Below, in pieces: positions 52,771 through 64,000 of a DNA stretch of 64,000 nucleotides (positions are counted from its first letter, which is position 1; the number at the start of each line of letters is the position of its first letter). Made by a program: the position numbers and the translations under genes. The DNA comes from Octopus sinensis (Eukaryota). The stretch is from positions 111,724,001-111,788,000 of the forward strand of contig NC_043002.1 of NCBI RefSeq assembly GCF_006345805.1. Reading direction: 5' to 3'. Below the pieces are notes generated by a model. That model ran no database searches. It was not told the origin of the DNA and worked only from the letters and a program-made list of their open reading frames with translations.

Positions 52771-52875
52771 ATATATATAGGGGGGGGGGGAGAATTCACA
52801 AGAAAGCAAAAGACGAAGACAGGTGGTGTAGACAACAAACAAATGCATTAGTATTATGCTCGAGAAGTGAAAAAG

Positions 52876-52913
52876 TCTTTAACGTTTTGAGCCTACGCTC
52901 TTCCACAGAAAGA
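52876..52913 (-). ncRNA. Hammerhead-like motif with variant core
   Basis: TCTTT-CTGTGGA-AGAGC GTAG GCTC-AAAAC-GTT-AAAGA. Confidence 0.45.
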
Positions 52914-53028
52914 AACAAGGAGAGAAAATAAAGACTGTGTAGTAGCTAGCGATCTATCATGACGAATGATATATACATACATAATACATAATATATATAT
53001 ATATATACTATCTAGATATTATATATAT

Positions 53029-53089
<61 letters not shown>

Positions 53090-53092
<3 letters not shown>

Positions 53093-54640
53093 GTTGATAA
53101 TAGTTTGCAAATTAAAATCATAACTGAGGAACCATGGATCAACTTAAAATCCATAAGGACAACTTTATAGATAACCCTTCAGTGAAGCTTACTTGGCCCA
53201 CTAAGTCAGATGTTTAAGCAATGTTATTTTAGACAAAGCTGTTCCTTCCCCGTCTTCTCTGTTTTCTTTCAGTCTATGGTCCAATACCGACGACGTCATC
53301 CATTGGTTCTCAAATTTTCGAAACAAAAGTAGATGCTGTTTGCTTCGATTTGACATCAGTCCTTATTATTTTACTCTTATACACATAAAAGCATAGAAAA
53401 AATAAAAATCTACTAAATAACCGTATAGAGTTGGGTGGTCTTGTATTCACTCAAAAATCAAAACTCTAAAATATTTCAAATAGAAATTTGCAAGTTCTCC
53501 TACTGTTGTTCTTTCTAACTACATCTTTTTAATATGAAAATAAATAGTATTTGTACTATGCTAATTTTTAATTGACTTTATAGTCAATTTAATTAACCTT
53601 ACTTAAATCATATAAACTGCTAATCTTTCCTAATTTTTTTTCTTAAAAAATTAACATGTAATACTATTCTCTTAGTGATACATTTGATTTTCACTATAAA
53701 TTTCGAATAAGTAAGATTCCCCTACCATTTGCTATTGAATTTATTTGACCTCTAGATGTTGACCTAAATTCCTTCTTACCATATATAAACATAAGTTAAA
53801 ATAGAAACAATAATAAATAAATAACCTTCTATTCTAGTGTTAACCTTAATTTTCTTACTGTATCTCCCTCTACCGATAACCTATGACCCCTTTAGTGTTT
53901 TCCTTTGATCTTCCTGTATTCTTAATCCCACCATTAATTCTATGAGTTTCTCAGTTCAGAGCTAGTGGTGGTCAAACTTACAGTTCTTTTATGAATTTAA
54001 GATTCCTTCTACACTGACCTAGATTTTCTGTCACCACAGATATAGACTGACCTTTGTCTGTGGTATCTTTATCCCCTTTTGCATCCCCATTTCTTTTCTC
54101 CTGATGTCCTTTGCTTTAGTTAAACCTACCCCGCTGTCTTTCTTGCTACTATAGAATTTTGTCTGCAACAGTTAGATACAAACTTAACCGTGGTATGACC
54201 GGCATCTTTCCTCATGTCCCTTGGAACTTATATCCACATCTTTATGAGTAGATTTATCTTCTCTGGGATGTTAATAATCATTTTAAAAACTTTGTATTGT
54301 TGGAAAACATATATAGTCTGCTTGGAATCTTACTTCAAATCCATGGAACTCACTCCTATAACTTCATAAGGATATTTACACTCTCTAAGATGTTTGGAAA
54401 ACCTATATGTGATTTAGCTGATGAATACTTGACGTTATATTTGCTGTAATATTTGCAGCTTTAAATAAAACGTTTATAGTATGAAACAATTGTACTAAAC
54501 TACCGATCCATTCTTGTTGCTTTTTTCTTGGTTATAATCAACCCACATAAAGAATTAATACCATAAAGAACTCTGGTGCATCTACGTTAAGTACCATATT
54601 CATTTGAATTCATTTGCATCTTAATTGTTTTGCTGAAATA
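53090..54640 (+). mobile_element. Internally deleted PLE: short RT fragment joined to a long non-coding 3' region with hammerhead
   Basis: WINLKSHKDNFIDNPSV, LWSNTDDVIHWFSNFRNKSRCCLLRFDI at about 53130-53360; (TA)n on both flanks. Confidence 0.78.
54413..54499 (+). ncRNA. Type I hammerhead ribozyme with 50-nt loop II
   Basis: TTTAG-CTGATGA-ATAC..GTAT-GAAAC-AATT-GTA-CTAAA. Confidence 0.85.
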
Positions 54641-54654
54641 TATATATATATATG

Positions 54655-54695
<41 letters not shown>

Positions 54696-55036
54696 GTATA
54701 CATATACATATGCATATATGTGTACAGGGCAAGTAACATAAAGAACGACTCTTCATCAACTGTCAGTGTTTATCTACTCCTCATTTCGAGCATTCGACAA
54801 CAATATGAATCTTCAATGACAGTTGCACACATAAGTATCAAAATAAAATTTGGGATTTATGGAGGATCAAAGTTGAGAAGACAGCCGACAACTGATGAAG
54901 GGTGATTCTTTATGTTACTTGTCCTATTTTCCATTTGTTTTTCTCGTTGTTTGCGTATTGAACTCATTTGTTTTCGTATTTCATGTGTGTTTACTATTGG
55001 TGACATATACATATATGTATATATGGTCCTGAACCC

Positions 55037-55167
<131 letters not shown>

Positions 55168-55429
55168 TATATATATATATATAATATATATATATATATA
55201 CATACATACACACACCTTTTATTAACTTTTAATACTTTTGATATATATTTAAAATAATATAAATTAATTAATTTTATGTATTGGCTTATGTTTTTCATTG
55301 TTTGATTGCGTAATAGTGGTTTTTATCTCTAATTTAATATAATATAATATAATATATTTATACTATAAAATTGGATTTAATCCTAAATCTGATTTTTCCC
55401 TGTAAGTTTGGATTTATTCCCTAATATTT

Positions 55430-55502
<73 letters not shown>

Positions 55503-55504
<2 letters not shown>

Positions 55505-56705
55505 AGAAAAAAGCAACAAGATTGGATTAGTTGTTCAGTACAATTGTTTCATACGAAGAACAGCTTTATTAAAAGCTGCAAATATTGCAGCAAATACAAG
55601 TGTCCCGAATTCATCAGCCAAAACACATATGAGTTTTCCAAACATCCTAGGGGGTGAGGCTACACTCATGAAGTATCGAAGAGAGTTCTATAAAAAGCAA
55701 AGTTAGATTGTAAGCAGACTTCAAAAGTTCTCTAATGATGCACAGTTTTATAAAAGGTTTTTAAAAAGGTTTGTTAGCTTCACAGAAAAGGTAAATCCAT
55801 CCATAATAATGCAGGTGTAATTTCCGGAGATATGAGGAGATATTTCATACTCAGAGACGATGAATTTATCCATAATAATGTAGATGTAATTTCCTGATAT
55901 ATGAGAAGATGCTGATCACACTTCTGTTCATTTCACAGAACTACTATGTTGGAAGAAGAGATTGACTATATTGGCTAAAAGAAGTTAGTGAAGCAGAAAC
56001 CGCCCAAATAGGGCATTATGGGACAAATGATAGGAAGGGGTGTAAGTACACAACCTACAAAGAATAGTTTATTTCTGTGGTGACAGAAACTCTAGGTCAG
56101 AGTTGCAGGAATCTGAGATTTATAAAAGAGAACATTACTTTTGACCAACATACAGCTGTTAACTGCCACTCCTACAGATTTAAAAGCAAATATAAGAATA
56201 TAAAGAGAGCAAAAGAAAGTATCAAAGGGGTCAAAGGCTATCAGTAGAGGAAAATACATTAAGAGGTTTAAGTGCAATACTAGAACAGGAGGTTATTTAT
56301 TTATTTATTTATTTATTATTTTTTCTATTTATACAAATGTTTATACATTGTAAGACAGACTTTAGGTCTATACCTAGAGGTCAATTAATTTCTATAGTAA
56401 AAGGTGTGAGAGTATTGTCTATTCAAAATATAGTGAAAATCATAGTGGAAATTCCTTATATTATTATTAAGGGAGTAGCATTACTTATTAAACTTAGAAT
56501 AGAATTAGGAAGTATTAGCAACTTATTTGATTTAAGTTGTGTTAATTAAATTAGATTAAATTAAATTAACTATATAGTCAATTAAAATTTTTGGCAACGT
56601 ACAAATACCATTTATTTTATGGTTAATACCATAAAGATTTCTGGTGCATCTAAGTTAAGCACCGCATTCATGTGAATTCATTGGAACTCACTTGAATCTT
56701 AATTG

Positions 56706-56706
<1 letters not shown>
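55503..56706 (-). mobile_element. Non-coding relative of 53090-54640 in opposite orientation, with inverted tail at its 5' end
   Basis: 55503-56620 aligns (reverse complement) with about 53540-54530; 56620-56700 matches 54555-54630 in direct orientation. Confidence 0.78.
55534..55622 (-). ncRNA. Type I hammerhead ribozyme with 52-nt loop II
   Basis: TTTGG-CTGATGA-ATTC..GTAT-GAAAC-AATT-GTA-CTGAA. Confidence 0.72.
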
Positions 56707-56779
<73 letters not shown>

Positions 56780-56793
56780 TATATATATATACG

Positions 56794-57137
56794 TGGCACT
56801 CCGTCGGTTACGACGACGAGAGTTCCAGTGGTTTGTTCCGATCAACAGAACAACTTGTGAAATTAACGTGCAAGCAGCTGAGTACTCCACAGACTTAGTT
56901 CTCGGGGATATTCAGCGTGACGCAGAGTGTGACAAGGCTGGCCCCTTTGAAATACAGGAACAACAGAAACAGGAAGAAAGAATGAGAGAAAGTTGTGGCG
57001 AAAGAGTACAGCAAGGTTCGCCAGCACACCCTGCCGGAACCTCGTGGAGCTTTAGGTGTTTTCGGTCAATAAACACTCACAACGCCCGATCCTACGACCG
57101 CGCGTCTGCTGTCCTAACCACATGGCCATTGCGCCTC
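56794..57137 (-). mobile_element. SINE family B, older diverged copy
   Basis: Diverged match with internal deletions. Confidence 0.82.
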
Positions 57138-57157
57138 AACAACACACACACACACTC

Positions 57158-57250
<93 letters not shown>

Positions 57251-57275
57251 TATACATACATACAAAAATACATAC

Positions 57276-57309
<34 letters not shown>

Positions 57310-57316
<7 letters not shown>

Positions 57317-57960
57317 TAAATTAGAGATAAAACCACTATTAGGCAAATCAAACAGTGAAAAACATAAGCCAATACATAAAATTAATTTAAAAATATAAAA
57401 GTTAAAAATAAAAAAAATATTTAAATAATTTAAACTTATAAATTTTATATATATATACAAATATATATATATATATGTATGTATGTATATTTTTATATGT
57501 ATATATTATTTTATTTATTATTTAATTAATTAATTAGTTTATTTATTTATTTATTTTTTTTATATATCAAAAGTATTAAAAGTTTAATAAATGATAAAAA
57601 TCGTCTAAGAGACCACAGATCAGCGAAAAGAAACACTTATATAACTCTCAGTAGAGTGGGTATACTATCCGAAATGTTTAGTATGAAGTAACCATCACCG
57701 CTGGCCTTTCCAATCGATTTCGTAATTCATACAATGGGGTGTTATGTAACAAATCGATTATATAATTTTACGTTCATCAGAGTTAGCCGATATGGGAGGG
57801 GATATGGTGACTGTTCTCTAGTGTCCGAGGTGGATCAGCACAGCTGATCTACAGTTGCTGTGAGAAAGGTGGTGGAACGAAAAAGGGGGTTATACGAATA
57901 CGGAAGGTAGAGAAATGTGCTGTTATGAAAGCCGAAGCCGTCTGACGAACGATAAACTCA
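57310..57960 (-). mobile_element. (TA)n-associated repeat with degenerate hammerhead (about 57708-57785); related fragment at 55210-55430
   Basis: 57315-57390 is the reverse complement of 55265-55340; CTGATGA-ACGTAA..TTAC-GAAATCGATT on minus strand. Confidence 0.5.
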
Positions 57961-57966
57961 GTAATA

Positions 57967-58131
57967 GGCGCAGGAGTGGCTGTGTGGTAAGTAGCTTGCT
58001 AACCAACCACATGGTTCCAGGTTCAGTCCCACTGCGTGGCATCTTGGGCAAGTGTCTTCTGCTATAGCCCCGGGCCGACCAATGCCTTGTGAGTGGATTT
58101 GGTAGATGGAAACTGAAAGAAGCCTGTCGTA

Positions 58132-58180
<49 letters not shown>

Positions 58181-58392
58181 GTGTGTGTGTTTGTCCCCTA
58201 GCATTGCTTGACAACCGATGCTGGTGTGTTTACGTCCCCGTCACTTAGCGGTTCGCCAAAACAGAGACCGATAGAATAAGTACTGGGCTTACAAAGAATA
58301 AGTCCCGGGGTCGATTTGCTCGACTAAAGGCGGTGCTCCAGCATGGCCGCAGTCAAATGACTGAAACAAGTAAAAGAGTAAAAGAGTAAAAG
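57967..58392 (+). mobile_element. SINE family A, full length
   Basis: Matches family A. Confidence 0.92.
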
Positions 58393-58693
58393 AGAGAGAG
58401 AGTTTGTGAAGACTTTTGGGGCTTTAAAAACTATCAGATGTTCTAAGATCTGATACAGGAGACCGCATCTCTCACCCTCCTCCTTCTCTTCTCCGTCGCT
58501 CTCTCCTTTCTGTCTCTTTCCCTCCCTCTTTCTGGGTCCCTCACTCGCTCTCAGCGCACTTATTTACGGTGTAATTGCTTCTGACGTCAACATGCAAAAA
58601 AGGTGGATTGATCTTAAGAATATACATCTCACCATGTAATCACGCACTGTCATTCGAAATGCAAAAACGTCTTTTTTTTTTTTTAGACTATTA

Positions 58694-59986
58694 CGAGGGA
58701 CGTTCAATAAGTAATGCCCCTGACCCACTTGCAGTTGTTTGATCTAGCTGACATTTTGCATGTGCAATTATTCATATCTCTATAGATTAAGTGGCGAATT
58801 ACAGCTCTGAAATAATTGTGGTTTCTGATTTACAGGTGTTTGAACTGAGTCAAGTGTGAAATGGAGCCTGTTGAGTGTCGAGCAGTGGTCTGGTTTTTGT
58901 ATTTGAAAGGATGCACACCACGGTAGACTTTTGATGAAATGAAAGTAACTTATAGTGATGATGCCCCATCATATGACCTTGTAAAACGCTGGCATCGTGA
59001 ATTCAAACATGGTCGGAACTCTGTGGAAACAGCTCCCAGATCTGGTCGCCCCACTTCTGCCATTGATGAGGCATCTGTCCATCAAGTTGAGGCTGCCATT
59101 TTGGAAGATCGACGCATAACTATTCGCCAAATAGCCCATGAGGTCAATATTAGTACCGGGTCTGTGGAAACTATCATTCATGACCATTCGCATATGCAAA
59201 AGGTGTCTGCCAGATGGATTCCCAGGTTGCTCACACCTTTCCAGAAGCAAGAACGCGTCGAATGCTCGAGGATGAATTTGGAGATGTGTCAAGAAGATGA
59301 GTCAAAATTTTTCAAAAGACTGATTACACAGGATGAAACCTGGGTCCATCACTATGATCCAGAGACCAAAGCCCAGTCAATGCAGTGGAAACACCGCGAC
59401 TCACCTCCTCCAAAGAAGGCAAGGGTGCAGCCCTCCGCTGGCAAGGTCATGCTCACAGTCTTCTGGGACCAGGACGGAGTAGTGATGACAGATTTCCTGG
59501 CAAAGGGTACCACAATTACAGGAGCCTATTATGCTTCACTTTTGAGGAAATTAAGAGAAGCTATCAAAATCAAGAGGTGAGGCAAGATCAGCAAAGGCAT
59601 CCTCCTCCTGCAGGACAACGCTCCGGTCCACAACTCGCGTGTCGCCAGATCAGAAGCACAGGCGTGCGGCTATGAACTCATTCCCCATCCCCCCTACTCT
59701 TCTGACCTTGCACCCTCTGATTTTCACCTCTTCCCAGCCATGAAGTTGTTTTTGAAAGGAAAGCGTTTCCCAGATGATGCAGCCTTGATTTCTGAAGTCA
59801 CGTCGTGGTTGGAGGATCAAGCTGGGGTCTTCTACAAAAACGGTCTCCAAAACTGCATCAAACGATGGGAGAAATGCGTAACTCTGGGTGGTTCCTATGT
59901 AGAAAAAGACTAATAACTGTACCAAGTTTCGTTGCTCTACTGCTATGGGAAGTGGGTCAGGGGCATTACTTACTGAACGCCCCTCG
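58694..59986 (+). mobile_element. mariner transposon (irritans-like), full length, TA TSD
   Basis: TIRs cgagggacgttcaataagtaatgcccctgacccactt / aagtgggtcaggggcattacttactgaacgcccctcg flanked by TA. Confidence 0.95.
58861..59913 (+). pseudogene. mariner DD34D transposase with two nonsense codons
   Basis: ATG 58861; TAG at 58924, TGA at 59578; WIPRLL, TQDETW, QDNAPVH, YSSDLAPSDFHLF. Confidence 0.92.
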
Positions 59987-60439
59987 TATCTGGCCTTCTC
60001 ATTTACAAGGCTCAAGACGTCGAAGGTGGGTATCTATCTCAAAAATGCTTATCTCCTGTTAAGCAACCATATTCAGAATCAGAAATTCAAGAGAACTAAA
60101 CATTAATGACAATAACAAAGATTGAAAATGGGTCGTTTGCAGAAAATATAAGAAACTATGAAGAAATTCTGCAGAAATACTCATTAGTTTAGGCTATTAT
60201 TCTATTATTAATTCACTGTTTCAATGAAGTGATTGTGGTCATGTGGGGACACCGTCCTGAGGGGTTTTAAAGTACTATAACGGCTTAAATAAGTCTAGTA
60301 CTTATATAATAAATTTCTAGTTGTCGTATCACTAACTTCAGGCACAACAAAGACAGCGGTTTTTTTTAAAGTGGGATCAACGTAGACAGATAGGCAGGCA
60401 CACACGCATAAGTATGCACACACATGCAGGCATATATAT

Positions 60440-62440
60440 GCATGCATACATGTATGTATGTATGTATGTATGTATGTATGTATGTATGTATGTATGTGTG
60501 TGTGTATGTATGTATGTATGTATGTATGTATGCATGCATGTTGTATGTATGTATGTATATGTATGTATGTATGCATGCATGTATGTATGTATGCATGTAT
60601 GTATGTATGTATGTATGTATGTATGTATGCATGTATGTGTGTATGTATGTATGTATGTATGTATGTATTATGTATGTATGTATGTATGTATGTATGGTGT
60701 GGTATGTATGTATGTATGTATGTATGTATTATGTATGTGTGTATGTATGTATGTATGTATGCATGTATGTATGTATGTATGTATGTATGTATGTATGCAT
60801 GTATGTATGTATGTGTGTATGTATGTATGTATGTATGTACGTATGTATGTATGTATGTATGCATGTATGTATGTCTGTATGTATGTATGTATTATGTATG
60901 TATGTATGTATGTGTGTGTATGTATGATGTATGTGTGTATGTATGTGTGTATGTTGTATGTATGTATGTAGGTATGTATGTGTGTATGTATGTATGTATG
61001 GTATGTATGTATGTGTGTATGTATTATGTATGTATGCATGTTGTATGTCTGTATGTATGTATGTATGTATGTATGTATGTATGTATGTGTGTGTATGTAT
61101 GTATGTATGTATTATGTATGTGTGTATGTATGTATGTGTGTATGTATGTATGTATGTGTGTATGTATGTATGTATATGTATGTATGTATGTGTGTAGTAT
61201 GTATGTATGTATGTATGTGTATGTATGTCTGTGTGTATGTATGTATATGTATGTATGTATGTAGGTATGTATGTATGTATGTATGTAATGTATGTATGTA
61301 TGTATTATGTATGTATGTATGTATGTATGTATGTATGTATGTATGTATTATGTATGTATGTACGTATGTATGTATGTATGTATGTATGTATGTATGTATG
61401 TATGTATGTATGTATGTGTGTATGTATGTATGTATGTGTGAATGTATGTATGTCTGTGTGTATGTATGTATGTATGTATGTATGTACGTAGTATGTATGT
61501 ATGTATGTATGTATGTATGTATGTGTATGTATGTATGTATGTATGTATGTATGTATGTATGTGTGAATGTATGTATGTATTATGTATGTATGTATGTATG
61601 TATGTTATGTATGTGTGTATGTGTGTGTATGTGTATGTATGGTATGTATGTATGTATGTATGTATGCATGTATGTATGTGTATGTATGTATATATGTATG
61701 TATGTATGTATGTATGCATGCATGTATGTATGTATGTATGTATGTATGTATGTATGTGTGTATGTATGTATGTGTGTATGTATGTATGTATGTATGTATG
61801 CATGTATGTATGCATGCATGTATGTATGTATGTGTGTATGTATGTATGTATGTATGTATGTATGCATGCATGTATGTATGTATGTGTGTGTATGTATGTA
61901 TGTATGTGTGTGTATGTATGTATGTGTGATGTATGTATGTCTGTGTGTATGTATGTATGTTGTATGTATGTATGTAGATGTATGTAGTATGTATGTATGT
62001 GTGTATGTATTATGTATGTATGTATGTATGTATGTATGTATGTATGTATGTATGTGTGTGTATGTGTGTATGTATGTATGTATGTATGTATGTATGTATG
62101 TATGTATGCATGTATGTATGTATGTGGTGTATGTATGTATGTATGTATGTATGTATGCATGCATGTATGTAGTATGTATGTATGTATGTATGTATGTGTG
62201 TATGTATGTATGTGTGTATGTATGTATGTATGTATGTATGCATGTATGTATGCATGCATGTATGTATGTATGTGTGTATGTATGTATGTATGTATGTATG
62301 CATGCATGTATGTATGTATGTGTGTGTGTATGTATGTATGTATGTGTGTATGTATGTATGTGTGTATGTATGTATGTATGTGTGTGTGTATGTATGTATG
62401 TATGTATGTATGTATGTATGTATGCATGTGTGTGTATATG
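60440..62440. repeat. About 2-kb degenerate (TATG)n microsatellite
   Basis: Seen directly. Confidence 0.98.
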
Positions 62441-62447
62441 TATAACT

Positions 62448-62593
62448 GACTTCCACACAGTCCCCGTCAACCAAATTCACTAAGTCATTTGTGAACCTAT
62501 GCATTTAGTAGAAGGTACTAGCGCATGATGTTACGCAATAGGATCGAACCTGTAATTATGTGATTGCAAAGTAAACTCCTTAACTACACAGCC
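62448..62593 (-). mobile_element. Old SINE family A-related copy
   Basis: Diverged reverse-complement match to family A head. Confidence 0.6.
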
Positions 62594-62999
62594 ATCATAA
62601 ACGTAGCACTAATTCCACAAAATATAAAATTTCTTGTATAGACATTTTGCTTTCTTGTGTAGATATGATAATGTGTGAATTGACGATCACCCTAAAACAT
62701 TATCATGTTTATTTTAGTCGCATAAGCATGTATATAAACATGATAGACATAGATGTGTGTCCGTTTGTCTGTCCTTGTTTGTCCCCTCTATGTCTAGCCC
62801 CTTGTGGGCAATAAAGAAACAGATATAAATGTGTGTGTGTGCGTGTGCGTGACTGCATGTCTCATGGAATCATGGATTGGCACCTAGAAAGTTCTCTTCC
62901 AAAGCACTGGAGGCAAGAGTCTATGTAAAACCAGCAATTACCTGTGTATGCAACCGTTGCGTTCTATGTCACCGATATTGTCCAAGAATAAAAGCAAGA

Positions 63000-63133
63000 G
63001 CTAGTACTTTGTTTATCGACGCCGAAAGGGTGAAAAGTTATTTGTTGACCTCTGTTGGATTTGAACTCAGAACACCGAGAGCCGGAATAAATACCGTAAG
63101 TTATTCTATATGCCGCTGTAACCATCCTGCCTT
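63000..63133 (-). mobile_element. Old SINE family C-related copy
   Basis: tttatcgacgccgaaagggtgaaa...atttgaactcagaac. Confidence 0.6.
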
Positions 63134-63590
63134 GTAACTATCTGTGCCTATAAGCATTAGTAACCAGTTATAATGATGAGAAACACACGTAATTGGAGCT
63201 ATAGCGGTTATCATGCCTGCAACTACAGCAGTGGATATACGCAAAAGATATAACAAACAAAGAATAATGAGATTGGAGCTCATATAAACATGAAGACTTC
63301 TCTAATATCACGGGACAACGCCAAAAGTATATCAGTGCATCTTAGGATCGGCCGAGGTAAATGTCACGAAAATTTTATTTCCTGCTTGTGCTCCACTATC
63401 TCAGTCAATCCTTCCTCACGTCTCTCACTTTCGCTCTTTGTCTTTTTTTTCTTATTTCTTTCAAAGTATGTATCCTGTTTGCTTTGCTTTTGTTTCTGTT
63501 TTACTATATTTCTATTAACCAGCTTTTCCCTCCATCCATTCACCATCTAGATATCTACATATCAATGTATCTGCCTATCTCTCTACCTAA

Positions 63591-63705
<115 letters not shown>

Positions 63706-64000
63706 TATCTTTCTAGCAATCTGCCAGTCAATTTTTTCTATCTACCCTTTTCTGTATCCACCTTCTATCTACGAGCACCGACCTAGGGTAGCTCGCTTCA
63801 CGGCCATCTGAGTTTATGTTCGATCTCACAGAGAGACAACTATGGCAGGAATTTCTTTTTCACTTTTCCTGCGGACCAATAATTTGTGATTGGAATTTGA
63901 CAGAAGAAAGTTGCACCAAAAGTACAACTGAAAGTATAACAAATGTCGGATGTCGCGCTTCAATTCTAAATAAAGAATATAACTGTATATTATATATATA

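Noticed and set aside
60295-62504. Long ORFs up to 501 aa (MYVC / HTYI repeats)
   Set aside because: Stop-free translations of the (TATG)n microsatellite

Overview
Repeat-dominated, AT-rich eukaryotic DNA. The SINE families and microsatellite spectrum suggest an octopus/cephalopod genome (inference). No intact host protein-coding gene was recognised; almost all long ORFs in the track are translations of microsatellites. The window holds three abundant tRNA-derived SINE families, a non-autonomous Helitron family (5 copies), two near-complete mariner elements, Tc1 and hAT relics, R4/Dong-type LINE ends, a zinc-knuckle ORF1 relic and many Penelope-like element (PLE) fragments. The main signal is a dense set of type I hammerhead ribozyme motifs (CUGAnGA...GAAA, short palindromic stem III): about 6 well formed and about 7 degenerate. 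They lie in PLE 3' regions and in short non-coding, often fold-back elements embedded in (TA)n tracts. Many carry an expanded, apparently structured stem II domain of about 52-60 nt in otherwise dissimilar sequences. PLE-associated hammerheads are known; the density, the short non-coding fold-back carriers and the constant-length expanded stem II are what merit follow-up. Coordinates were read by eye and may be off by a few bases.
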